Positions 17,564 through 26,388 of a stretch of DNA of 39,806 nucleotides are shown piece by piece; within the stretch, counting starts at the first letter, position 1; the number at the start of each line of letters is the position of its first letter. Both the position numbers and the translations under genes were made by a program. The stretch lies in the NCBI GenBank assembly GCA_903944295.1, contig CAJARA010000034.1:1-39806 (forward strand), in the 5' to 3' direction. The notes under the pieces are model-generated. The model was not told the origin of the DNA. It made no database searches and was given only the letters and a program-made list of their open reading frames with translations. This DNA comes from an uncultured Chloroflexota bacterium (lineage in GTDB: Bacteria > Chloroflexota > Limnocylindria > Limnocylindrales > Limnocylindraceae).

Positions 17564-18811
17564 ATGAGCCAGAAGAGCGCCTGGGCCGTTGCCCAGCAGC
17601 AGTTTGATCTTGCCGCCAAGCGGCTCAACCTCGACCCAGGAATCGCCGCCGTGCTGCGCGAGCCGCGCCGGCAGTTGACCGTGCACTTCCCTGTACGCAT
17701 GGATGACGGTTCAACGCGCGTCTTCGAGGGGCACCGCGTCCAGCACAACCTCGGTCGCGGCCCAGCCAAGGGCGGGATTCGCTTCCATCAGGACGTCAAC
17801 ATTGATGAAGTGAAGGCGCTCTCAATGTGGATGTCGTGGAAGTGCGCCGTGATGGATCTTCCATATGGCGGCGGCAAGGGCGGCGTCACCGTTGACCCGA
17901 AGCAGCTCTCACTCGGCGAGCTTGAGCGCCTGACGCGCCGCTTCACCACGGAGATCGCGGTGATCATCGGGCCAGAGTCAGATATCCCTGCGCCTGACGT
18001 GAACACCAACAGCCAGACGATGGCCTGGATGATGGACACCTACTCCATGCATGTTGGCTACACCGTCCCAGGTGTTGTCACTGGAAAGCCGATCGCACTC
18101 GGCGGCTCAAAGGGTCGCAACGAGGCAACGGCGCGTGGTGCAGTGATCTGCGTACGCGAAGCTGCGGCGAAGATTGGGTTGAACCTGAAGGGCGCAACGG
18201 TTGTGGTGCAGGGGTACGGCAACGCCGGCTCCATCGCCGCAAAGTTGATCTCTGAACTTGGCGCGAAGGTGATCGCCGTCTCCGATAGCAGCGGCGGTAT
18301 CCAGAACGCGGCGGGGCTCGACCTCGCCGCAGTTGATGCGCATAAGAAGAAGACGGGGAGCGTGGTCGGACTTGCCGGCGCAACGGCGGTTTCTAACCAG
18401 GCGATCCTTGAGATCCCGTGCGACGTGCTGATTCCAGCGGCGCTGGAGAATCAGATCACTGCGGAGAACGCGGCAAAGATCAAGACGAAGATCGTTGCGG
18501 AAGCGGCGAACGGCCCAACCACTCCAGAGGCGGACGACATCCTCTTCGCTAATGGGGCGATGGTGATCCCTGACATCCTCTGCAACGCGGGCGGCGTCAC
18601 CGTCAGCTACTTCGAGTGGGTGCAGGACCTGAACCGCGACTTCTGGGAAGAGGAGGAGGTCAACCTCCGCCTTGAGAAGAAGATGGTGCGCGCCTTCCAC
18701 GAGGTCTACGACATGGCACAGGAGCAGAAGAGTCACCTGCGCACAGGTGCCTACCTCCTCTCCGTGAAGCGTGTTGCCGACGCGATGAGCGTCCGCGGCA
18801 TCTACCCATAA
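17564..18811 (+). CDS. gdhA: Glutamate dehydrogenase (Glu/Leu/Phe/Val dehydrogenase family)
   Basis: GPAKGGIRFH, MSWKCAVMDLPYGGGKGGV, and the Rossmann motif VVVQGYGNAGS. Confidence 0.93.
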   Translation: MSQKSAWAVAQQQFDLAAKRLNLDPGIAAVLREPRRQLTVHFPVRMDDGSTRVFEGHRVQHNLGRGPAKGGIRFHQDVNIDEVKALSMWMSWKCAVMDLPYGGGKGGVTVDPKQLSLGELERLTRRFTTEIAVIIGPESDIPAPDVNTNSQTMAWMMDTYSMHVGYTVPGVVTGKPIALGGSKGRNEATARGAVICVREAAAKIGLNLKGATVVVQGYGNAGSIAAKLISELGAKVIAVSDSSGGIQNAAGLDLAAVDAHKKKTGSVVGLAGATAVSNQAILEIPCDVLIPAALENQITAENAAKIKTKIVAEAANGPTTPEADDILFANGAMVIPDILCNAGGVTVSYFEWVQDLNRDFWEEEEVNLRLEKKMVRAFHEVYDMAQEQKSHLRTGAYLLSVKRVADAMSVRGIYP

Positions 18812-18878
18812 GCCTCGGCCCGGCCGATCTGCGCTTCAGCACACCTGCGCCTGTACGCCCTGGCGGCGTGCGGCGCGC

Positions 18879-18884
18879 TAGGAT
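18879..18884 (+). promoter_or_regulatory. Candidate -10 box (GC-TAGGAT) for a leaderless transcript
   Basis: GCGCTAGGAT-gctgcg-ATG (ATG at 18891). Confidence 0.4.
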
Positions 18885-18890
18885 GCTGCG

Positions 18891-19508
18891 ATGACAGGAC
18901 TTGATCACGAAGAGCGCTTCCTCTTTCGCGAGGAGATCCTCGCGCTCGCCTTGGCGCTCGGCGATCCGACCACGCTCGACAACGTGGAGGATCTCCTCGT
19001 CGACCTGATCACCTCCAGCCACTTCGATGCCGAGGTGGTGACGCTGGAGCGCTCACTGCAGGCGATGCTCGGTCAGCGCCAGGGGGCAACGCTCGTCAAC
19101 GCGCTCACCGCCGCCCCTGAGGCCTTCAACGAGGTGCATGATCTTCGCCTTCAGCCGGAGGTGTTGGAGCGGCTCACCAGTTGGCGGGCACGATTCGGCC
19201 TTGCGATTGATAACGCGCTCAGCTTCCTCTCTAACCCAGACGGCATCCAGGGCCACAACTTCACCACGCAGGTGGCACACGGTGATGACCGCCGCGCGCT
19301 GCAGGGGCGACTGACATTTGTGCGTTACAGCAATGAGTCCGAATTCTTCATCGCCGATGCATCGGTCTTCCTCTCCGTGGCCGCAGATGTGCTGGATAAA
19401 CTCGGCACGCACATTACCAGAGAGGATGTGGAGCCAGAGGTTGTCTCGCGGCTCGCCGACGCGGTGAAGTTGATCGAACGGCGCACTGCGCCACGCGGCG
19501 AGGAGTAA
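18891..19508 (+). CDS. Hypothetical acidic protein (205 aa)
   Basis: Clean ORF with coding-like composition, 5 nt upstream of the next gene. No recognisable motif. Confidence 0.5.
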   Translation: MTGLDHEERFLFREEILALALALGDPTTLDNVEDLLVDLITSSHFDAEVVTLERSLQAMLGQRQGATLVNALTAAPEAFNEVHDLRLQPEVLERLTSWRARFGLAIDNALSFLSNPDGIQGHNFTTQVAHGDDRRALQGRLTFVRYSNESEFFIADASVFLSVAADVLDKLGTHITREDVEPEVVSRLADAVKLIERRTAPRGEE

Positions 19509-19513
19509 CGCGC

Positions 19514-20632
19514 ATGGCCGACGGCGCTCGGCAGATCTTCCTTGCCGCAACTGGGCAGAACCGCGGCAAGACCACCACATCGCTCGGACTCTTTGCCGCC
19601 TTTGCCGATCGCGGCCTGAACACCGCCTTCATGAAGCCGGTCGGGCAGCGCTGGATCATGCTGGACGGCGCGCCCGCAGACGAAGACGCAGCACTGATGC
19701 GCGGCGTCTTCAACCTTCCGGATTCAACGCAGCTCCTCTCGCCAGTGCAGATTCCGCGCGGCTTTACGCGCCGCGTCATTGAGGGGGAGATCGTTGAGGA
19801 TCTCGGTGCACGCATCGTTGCCGCACAGGCGGAGATGGCGAAGGGGCGCGACCTGATCCTCTTGGAGGGGACTGGCCACGCTGGTGTAGGTGCCGTGATC
19901 GGACTCTCCAACGCGGACGTTGCGGCGCTCCTCGGCGCCCCCGTGATCATCGTCAGCGAAGGTGGGATCGGCCGACCGATCGATGAGATCGTCTTGAACG
20001 CCGCACTCTTCGCCGCGCGTGGTGTTGAGGTGGCGGGAGCGATCGTCAACAAGGTGAACCTTGAGATGGAGCCGCAACTGCCACAGCTCCTTGAGCGCGG
20101 CCTCGCTCGACACAAGATCCCGCTGCTCGGCATCCTTCCGTATCGACAGATCCTCTCCAATCCAACGCTCGCAATCATTGAAGATGGCCTGCAAGGGGAG
20201 ACGCTCTGGCCTGGCCGCGATATGGACGCAATCATCGGCCGCGTCTCCGTTGCCGCGATGCAGCCGGAGCATGTGATGGAGCGCATCGGTGCCGACGCAC
20301 TGGTGGTGGTCCCTGGCGATCGCGAGGATGTGCTGGAGGTGCTCGCGGGACTCTGGCTGAACGGCGGTGAGCACCCGAATCGGCCGCTCGGCTTTGTCTT
20401 GAGTGGCGGCTATCGGCCGAGCCAGCGCATCATTGAGCTACTCCGCAAAGCGGATCTCTTCACCGTCTTAATGGAGGGTGATACCTATACAGTTGCCTCC
20501 AAGGTGCACGACCTCTTGGTAAAGACGCATCCCGAAGATGTGCGGAAGATCGCCGAGATTAAGGCACTCGTTGCGGGCTCACTCGACATCGACCGCATCC
20601 TTTCGGTGGCGCGACCCGTCCCAGCGCGCTAG
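19514..20632 (+). CDS. Stand-alone Pta N-terminal-like protein (BioD/CobQ-like P-loop domain + DRTGG domain), no PTA_PTB catalytic domain
   Basis: IFLAATGQNRGKTTTSLGL (P-loop), LLEGTGHAGVG, and a later VVVPGDREDV / LSGG segment typical of DRTGG. The 372-aa length is too short to include an acetyltransferase domain. Confidence 0.65.
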   Translation: MADGARQIFLAATGQNRGKTTTSLGLFAAFADRGLNTAFMKPVGQRWIMLDGAPADEDAALMRGVFNLPDSTQLLSPVQIPRGFTRRVIEGEIVEDLGARIVAAQAEMAKGRDLILLEGTGHAGVGAVIGLSNADVAALLGAPVIIVSEGGIGRPIDEIVLNAALFAARGVEVAGAIVNKVNLEMEPQLPQLLERGLARHKIPLLGILPYRQILSNPTLAIIEDGLQGETLWPGRDMDAIIGRVSVAAMQPEHVMERIGADALVVVPGDREDVLEVLAGLWLNGGEHPNRPLGFVLSGGYRPSQRIIELLRKADLFTVLMEGDTYTVASKVHDLLVKTHPEDVRKIAEIKALVAGSLDIDRILSVARPVPAR

Positions 20633-21495
20633 CTCGCGCTTCGCTCACCGAGAAGACGCTCGTCAAGAAGGCGCACGTCATCAACCACAACCGCGATAGT
20701 CAGGAGCGCTTCGTTGACGGTTGCGTCATCTGGTAGCGCCTCAAGCGTTAGAGGGTCAGCTACATCGAGGTACTCCAGCGTGAGCTCTGGGTGCTGACTC
20801 AGTAGGTGCAGCGCCGCTGCGCGAATCTGCGCAACGGTGGATGCGCCGTGTGCGAGCGCGTCGTGCGCCGCTTTGAGTGCGCGCGGAATAGCGGCAGCCG
20901 CCGTTCGACCGGCGGGAGAGAGGCGCGCATTGCGTGAACTCAGCGCAAGGCCATCTGTGTCACGGACCGTTGGGACGCGACGGATGCTGATCGGCGGCGC
21001 TGATGTCCGCCGCGCGGTGATCCACTCCACGACGCGCAGCTGCTGGGCGTCCTTCTCGCCGAAGTAGGCTCGGTCGGGTTGCACTAGGTCAAAGAGTCGC
21101 GAGACTACCGTTGCAACTCCGGCAAAGTGGCCAGGTCGCGCTGCACCTTCAAGACGCAGCGCGAGCGGTCCTGGGTCAACGGTCTGTACCACTTCATTAG
21201 GCGGATAGATCTCCGCGTCACTCGGGTGAAAGAGAAGGTCGGCGCCGCTCGCTTCAGCGAGGGTGGCATCTGCGTCGAGCGTGCGCGGGTAGGCGGCGAG
21301 ATCCGTCGCGGCGGTGAACTGCTTCGGGTTCACATAGATGGAGACGATCACCGTTGCGCACTCAGCGCGCGCGGCGCGGATGAGTGCGGCGTGACCGGCG
21401 TGGAGCGCCCCCATCGTGGGGACGAAGCCGATCGGTCGCGGCGCCGCGTTGAGTGCTGCGGCGAGTTCGGCGCGGCTCTGGATGCGCTGCATCAC
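20629..21495 (-). CDS. panC: Pantoate--beta-alanine ligase
   Basis: GFVPTMGALHAGHAALI and VSIYVNPKQF. Confidence 0.93.
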   Translation of the reverse strand: MMQRIQSRAELAAALNAAPRPIGFVPTMGALHAGHAALIRAARAECATVIVSIYVNPKQFTAATDLAAYPRTLDADATLAEASGADLLFHPSDAEIYPPNEVVQTVDPGPLALRLEGAARPGHFAGVATVVSRLFDLVQPDRAYFGEKDAQQLRVVEWITARRTSAPPISIRRVPTVRDTDGLALSSRNARLSPAGRTAAAAIPRALKAAHDALAHGASTVAQIRAAALHLLSQHPELTLEYLDVADPLTLEALPDDATVNEALLTIAVVVDDVRLLDERLLGERSAS

Positions 21496-22346
21496 TACAT
21501 TGCGGCGAGTGCGGCGCGAAGCTCCTCACTCGCGGTGAGGCTTTGTGCAGTGCTAGGGAAGGCTCCCGCCGCAACATCGGCGCGCCACTTCGTGAGTCCA
21601 GCCAGCGCCTGATCGCGCAGCGTGGCGTAGCCGCCAGCATGGCGTGGCGCTGGCCCCGCAAGAAGCCCAAGGAGATCAGGGGCAACCTGCACCTGGCCCG
21701 AACAGTGCGCTCCTGCACCGATCCCGATCGTTGGAATCGTGAGTCGCTCGGTGATCAGCGCGGCGAGTTCAGCTGGGACGAGTTCAATGACAATCGCGGC
21801 GGCACCAGCCGCTTGCAGTGCGAGCGCGTCGGCGAGGAGCTGTGCCGCCGCCGCCGGCTCCTTCCCCTGGGCGCGCGCACGATCCTGCTGCAGCGCCGAT
21901 TGCGGCGTGAAGCCGATATGCCCAATTACAGGGACGCCGCTCTCAACGAGCGCTCGGACGATCGGCGCCATCTCAGCGCCCCCCTCCAGCTTCACGGCGC
22001 CCGCCGCAGCGTCACGCAGGAAGGCGCTCGCGTTGGTTGCCGCGGTGGCGACGTCGACGTAGGAGAGGAAGGGCATATCTGCAATCACGAGCGCGCTTCT
22101 GCTGGAGCGCACGACCGCAGCAACGTGATGGAGCATCTCGCTCATCCCAACGCGCACCGTGCTCTCATGGCCGAGTGCAACCTGCGCGAGTGAGTCGCCG
22201 ACGAGGATTGCGGGAATCTCGGCCGCCTCGGCGAGCTCTGCGGTGGCGCGGTCGTAGGCGGTGAGCAGCGCGAAGCGCTCACCCACGTCACGAAGACCTT
22301 GCAGCGTTGCAACGCTGTTCCGCCGCACGGCACCCTGTGTGCTCAT
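21495..22346 (-). CDS. panB: 3-methyl-2-oxobutanoate hydroxymethyltransferase
   Basis: LTAYD...A.E..IPAILVGDSLAQV.LGH.ST and KLEGG. ATGA overlap with coaBC at 22343-22346. Confidence 0.93.
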   Translation of the reverse strand: MSTQGAVRRNSVATLQGLRDVGERFALLTAYDRATAELAEAAEIPAILVGDSLAQVALGHESTVRVGMSEMLHHVAAVVRSSRSALVIADMPFLSYVDVATAATNASAFLRDAAAGAVKLEGGAEMAPIVRALVESGVPVIGHIGFTPQSALQQDRARAQGKEPAAAAQLLADALALQAAGAAAIVIELVPAELAALITERLTIPTIGIGAGAHCSGQVQVAPDLLGLLAGPAPRHAGGYATLRDQALAGLTKWRADVAAGAFPSTAQSLTASEELRAALAAM

Positions 22347-23671
22347 GCGTGCGTTGCGCCACTCAGGAGCAGTACCGCCTGATCAAGAATCCCGTCAGCA
22401 ACAACACGCTTTGGCGCTGGGCCAATTCGTTGCGTGCTCCCGTCAACGTGCAGGATCTCTACCGCGTTCTCGGCGCTCTCAAAGCCGATCCCTGGCGCAC
22501 TCACATCATTCGCAATGATGAGATCGAGGTCCTTGGCGTTGAGCTTCTCTGCGGCGCGCTTCGTTGCGCCGCTCTCGGCGGAGAAGCCGATGAGCTTAGT
22601 GGCACGCTTCGCGCGTGGTCCAAGTGCCGCTGCGATTCCGGCGAGGAGATCGGGTGTTGGCTCAAGATGGAGGGTGAGCGCGCCATCACGACGCAGCTTC
22701 TCTCTGCTCGGACCCCCCGCCATGCGGAAGTCGGAGACCGCCGCGGCGGCGATGAAGAGATCTGCGGGGGTTGCGCTGGTGCCGGCGGGTGGCGGCAAGA
22801 GTGCGCTGCGGAGTGCCGCGTCAAGGTCGGCAACGGTGGCGACGCGCACGATCTCCACCCCCTCAGGGAGTGGGATGGCGACGCGCGCGGCGATCAGCAC
22901 GACGTCAGCGCCGCGATCACGTGCCGCTTCGGCGAGAGCGACACCCTGTCGTCCAGATGAGCGATTCGCCAGGATGCGCACCGCGTCAATCGGCTCTTCG
23001 GTACCGCCTGCGGTAATGACGACACGGCGACCGGAGAGGTCGCCTGCAGGGACGAGTGGCGGCCGTCGCGCCTCGCTCGGTTCGCGGATCGGCGCGCTCC
23101 CGATTGCGCGGACGAGTGCATCAACCAGGGTTGCGGGTTCGGGGAGTCGACCGACGCCGCTACTTCCAGATGCGAGCGCGCCACTCTCCGGCGGCACGAT
23201 CGTGTAACCGAAGTCGTTGGTGAGGCGCGCGGCGTTTGTGGACGTTGCCGGATGTGCCCACATCTCGCCGTCCATTGCGGGGGCAACCACTACGGGTGCG
23301 GTGGTGGCGAGGCAGGCGGCAGTCACCGCATCACCGGCGAGTCCGCCGGCCATGGCACCGAGCCACTGTGCCGTTGCCGGTGCAACGAGGATCGCATCGG
23401 CGCTATCGGCGGCAACGATGTGACCGATGCGCCCGTCTGGGAGAAGGTCGAGGAGATCTGCGTCAACGGCGTGGCCGGTCAGTGTGCGCAGGGTGAGCGG
23501 TGAGACAAATTTCGTTGCGGCGGGAGTGAGGAGCGCCTGCACATCGGCACCGGCGGCGCGCAGCGCGCGCACAATCTCCGGCGCCTTGAATGCGGCGATC
23601 GATCCAGTAATGCCGAGGACGATCAGTCGTCCGCTGAGTGGCCCGTTCGCGTTGGTTTGCCCGCCGCTCAC
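22343..23671 (-). CDS. coaBC: Bifunctional phosphopantothenoylcysteine decarboxylase / phosphopantothenate-cysteine ligase
   Basis: The N-terminal flavoprotein motif is LGITGSIAAFKAPEIVRAL. The C-terminal CoaB motifs are ITAGGTEEPIDAVR.LANRSSG and AAAVSDF. Confidence 0.92.
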   Translation of the reverse strand: MSGGQTNANGPLSGRLIVLGITGSIAAFKAPEIVRALRAAGADVQALLTPAATKFVSPLTLRTLTGHAVDADLLDLLPDGRIGHIVAADSADAILVAPATAQWLGAMAGGLAGDAVTAACLATTAPVVVAPAMDGEMWAHPATSTNAARLTNDFGYTIVPPESGALASGSSGVGRLPEPATLVDALVRAIGSAPIREPSEARRPPLVPAGDLSGRRVVITAGGTEEPIDAVRILANRSSGRQGVALAEAARDRGADVVLIAARVAIPLPEGVEIVRVATVADLDAALRSALLPPPAGTSATPADLFIAAAAVSDFRMAGGPSREKLRRDGALTLHLEPTPDLLAGIAAALGPRAKRATKLIGFSAESGATKRAAEKLNAKDLDLIIANDVSAPGIGFESAENAVEILHVDGSTQRIGPAPKRVVADGILDQAVLLLSGATHA

Positions 23672-24471
23672 GTGCGGACGCTCCGCGGCAGTGCGAGGAG
23701 TGCGCGCACGACAAGATCTGGATCACGGAGATCGGCGCGAATGCCCGCGCTCCAGCCCGCCGTTGCAGCACCGCCGGTGAGGCTGATTGCTGGTGCCGGT
23801 GATCCTGGATCGCGCCGCTCCATCTCCATCACGCTCTCGTTGATCAGTGCAACGAGACCACCGCGTGCGCTGCGCAAGATCCCAGCGGCGAGTGCGCTCT
23901 CCGTTGACGCACCGATCGGACCTGGGATCTCTGGGCTTTCGTCGTAGAGGGTGACTTCGGGGAGTGCGGCGGTTCCGCTGGCGAGTGCGCGTGCGGCGAG
24001 GAGTGGTGATACAGCAATTGCACCGCCGAGTAGTTCGCCAGCGCGACTGACGCAGGTCAGCGTGAGTGCGGTGCCGAGCGTCACCGCAATCGCGCCACGG
24101 CGCTGCGGCGCGCCCTGCTGCGCATAGGTGAACCAGGCGGCGAGGGCACGATCCACGCCGATCCGATCTGGCTCCTCAAGGCGTGAGATGAGGGGGAGAT
24201 CGCCGCTTCGCAGCAACTCAACGGCAACGCCGCGTGACGCTGCAACTTCGCGAAGTGCCGCGGCCCCTTCAGGTACGACGCTCCCAACGGCGAGCTCGGT
24301 GGCGGCGCCCCCTTCGCTTGCGGCGAGGTTGAGGAGCGCCTCAGCGACGCCGCGCCAGGCGCTGGCATCACGGGGGTTGGCGGGGGAGGCGACGCGCAGC
24401 GAGACGAGGGCGCCCTCGCGGAGGTAGCCGACCTTCGCGGCGCTGTTCCCAAGATCAACGGCGTAGCGCAC
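23668..24471 (-). CDS. coaX: Type III pantothenate kinase
   Basis: (V)RYAVDLGNSAAKVGY is the CoaX phosphate-1 motif, followed by a later GTALT-type motif. I prefer the GTG at 24471, which is 6 nt downstream of TATCAT, over the track's 24522. That gives about 267 aa, a typical length. Confidence 0.85.
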   Translation of the reverse strand: MRYAVDLGNSAAKVGYLREGALVSLRVASPANPRDASAWRGVAEALLNLAASEGGAATELAVGSVVPEGAAALREVAASRGVAVELLRSGDLPLISRLEEPDRIGVDRALAAWFTYAQQGAPQRRGAIAVTLGTALTLTCVSRAGELLGGAIAVSPLLAARALASGTAALPEVTLYDESPEIPGPIGASTESALAAGILRSARGGLVALINESVMEMERRDPGSPAPAISLTGGAATAGWSAGIRADLRDPDLVVRALLALPRSVRT

Positions 24472-24477
24472 GTGCCG

Positions 24478-24483
24478 ATGATA
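24478..24483 (-). promoter_or_regulatory. Candidate -10 box (TATCAT) for a leaderless coaX operon transcript
   Basis: Minus strand reads TATCAT-cggcac-GTG (24483->24469). Confidence 0.4.
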
Positions 24484-24536
24484 GGCGGGTGGGGGGATCG
24501 ACGGGAGCGCGCGCCGCGGCACGAAGGCGGCTGCGC

Positions 24537-24542
24537 TAGGCT
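24537..24542 (+). promoter_or_regulatory. Candidate -10 box (GC-TAGGCT) for the 24552 gene
   Basis: GCGCTAGGCT-ctccctctc-ATG. The 9-nt spacing implies a 2-3 nt leader at most. Confidence 0.35.
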
Positions 24543-24551
24543 CTCCCTCTC

Positions 24552-25034
24552 ATGGATCACGACCACGACGAGCTGACCCCTGGCCTCTTTGTGAATCGAG
24601 GGCTTGCCATCCTGCGCGCCGACAAGGCGAACGTGCTCCGCCCCCTCCTTCGGCAGACCGTCTCGTATCGCCACCTTCAGGGGGGCGAACTGATCGCGCG
24701 AGGCATGGGTTGGGTTGAAGAGGTGCTCGGTGATGACCCAGAGGTCTCATCGATCTTCACCCCACTCACGATCACCATCAACGTGGACGCATTTCAGAGT
24801 GTGGAGTTCGACCTCTCCGAGCCTGGGCACCTGCGCTACACGCTGCGCAGCAGTGACGCCGTTGTAGAGATCGAATACAGCGCGGGAACAGCGATCCCAC
24901 GAACAGAGCCGGTGCGCACCTGGCTTGAGTATCGCGGCGAGGAGTATGTGCAGATTGAACTTCCAACGCAGGCGTGGCCGAGCGCCGATGCCGGATCGTC
25001 GGATCCGGCTGAGTCCGAGCGCAGCGACTCCTGA
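24552..25034 (+). CDS. Hypothetical protein (160 aa)
   Basis: Clean ORF with an acidic tail. Its TGA overlaps the proposed CTG start of the M16 peptidase. No recognisable motif. Confidence 0.5.
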   Translation: MDHDHDELTPGLFVNRGLAILRADKANVLRPLLRQTVSYRHLQGGELIARGMGWVEEVLGDDPEVSSIFTPLTITINVDAFQSVEFDLSEPGHLRYTLRSSDAVVEIEYSAGTAIPRTEPVRTWLEYRGEEYVQIELPTQAWPSADAGSSDPAESERSDS

Positions 25035-26386
25035 AGCGCGCCGCACCGCGCTCTCGCGCACTCCGCGGCGCAGGTGCTGCGTCGTCGGTCTTCATTCAGA
25101 CACCATCGGCACGAACCGTTGCGATCGCCATCGCGATCGGTGCGGGATCGCGTCACGAACGAACCAACGAACGCGGCGCTGCGCATCTTCTTGAGCATCT
25201 CTGCTTTAAGGGCATCGCAGGTGCTGAAAGCTCAGCGGCACTTGCGCAGGCGATGGAGGGGATCGGCGCGAACTCTAATGCGGGGACCGATCGCGAGAGC
25301 ACGCTCTTCTGGATTCATGCTCCGCGCGCCGTTGCGGTGGAGGCGGCGCGACTGATCGGCGCCGTTGCACTTGCGCCACTCTTACTCCCAGAGCACTTGA
25401 AGATTGAGCGCGAGATCGTGATTGAAGAGATTCGCTCCTACGCGGATGACCCGAGTGAGCAGGCATCCACTGCACTTGACCGCGCACTCTTTGGCGATCA
25501 TGCGTTTGGTCGTGAGATTGCAGGAACGATCCCTGAAATTCGCAGGCTGAAGCACGGGCCGGTGCACGCCTTTCATGCGCGCGAGTATCGCCCGCAGAGA
25601 ACGGCGCTTGCGATCGCCGGTGATCTGAGCGCTGCAGAGGCGAACGCGATTGCGCGCGCGGCACTTGCGGCGGCACCACGAAGTAGTGTGCAGCGCGCGG
25701 CGCTACCTTCGCGTGGCGCAGTGAAGCCTCGTGGCCGAGGGGAGGACGGGATCGTTGCGAAGGTGCGGGATGGCGAACAGGCGCAGTTTTCGGTGGGACT
25801 TCCGACGCTTCGGCGTGAGGATCCAGACGCCCCCGCACTGGAGATGCTCGCCACGATCCTTGGCGATGGTTCGGCGAGCCGCCTCTTCTTAGAGGTGCGT
25901 GAAGAGCGTGGGCTCGTCTATGACATTGGTGCGAGCGCGATCGACTATAAAGATGCCGGCGCGCTGGTGATCTCTGGAGGCGCGGATCCTGGTCGCGTCA
26001 CTGAGGCGCTGCAGCTCGTCACCGAGGCGCTTCGTCGCTTGGCGCGTGAGGCGCCGAGTGCGGCAGAGATTGAACGAGCGCGCGCCTATCTTGCAGGACG
26101 GCTCGAACGCGCCGCCGATGACCCACGCGGCCTTGCCGAGTGGCATGCGAGCCAGCGCGTGCTCCGTAGGGTGCCGCAAGAGCTCGGCGAACTCTTGGCG
26201 GAGATTGAGCGCGTTCGCCCCGCCGATCTGCTCCGTGTGGCACGCAACCTCGTGCGAGGTGGCAGCCTACGCGTCGGCCTCTCGGCGCCGCGCAGCACGC
26301 TCGCCGCGGTGCGCCGTACCGTACGCCGTGGCGACCTTGACCCATCCGCCGTCAGGCCACCTTCGCGCCGATCCGCTAGGCTCTGA
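25031..26386 (+). CDS. M16-family (pitrilysin-like) zinc peptidase; start codon uncertain or non-canonical
   Basis: The track ORF (25253-26386) begins after the catalytic motif. The same frame is open back to 25013 and encodes ...VFIQTPSARTVAIAIAIGAGSRHERTNERGAAHLLEHLCFKG (HxxEH at HLLEH), then ...EREIVIEEI. There is no in-frame ATG, GTG or TTG between 25013 and 25252. CTG 25031 overlaps the upstream TGA. Confidence 0.75.
   Translation: MKRAAPRSRALRGAGAASSVFIQTPSARTVAIAIAIGAGSRHERTNERGAAHLLEHLCFKGIAGAESSAALAQAMEGIGANSNAGTDRESTLFWIHAPRAVAVEAARLIGAVALAPLLLPEHLKIEREIVIEEIRSYADDPSEQASTALDRALFGDHAFGREIAGTIPEIRRLKHGPVHAFHAREYRPQRTALAIAGDLSAAEANAIARAALAAAPRSSVQRAALPSRGAVKPRGRGEDGIVAKVRDGEQAQFSVGLPTLRREDPDAPALEMLATILGDGSASRLFLEVREERGLVYDIGASAIDYKDAGALVISGGADPGRVTEALQLVTEALRRLAREAPSAAEIERARAYLAGRLERAADDPRGLAEWHASQRVLRRVPQELGELLAEIERVRPADLLRVARNLVRGGSLRVGLSAPRSTLAAVRRTVRRGDLDPSAVRPPSRRSARL
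26377..26382 (+). promoter_or_regulatory. Candidate -10 box (GC-TAGGCT) for leaderless ndk
   Basis: CCGCTAGGCT-ctgacc-ATG (ATG at 26389). It lies inside the 3' end of the M16 gene. Confidence 0.4.
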
Positions 26387-26388
26387 CC

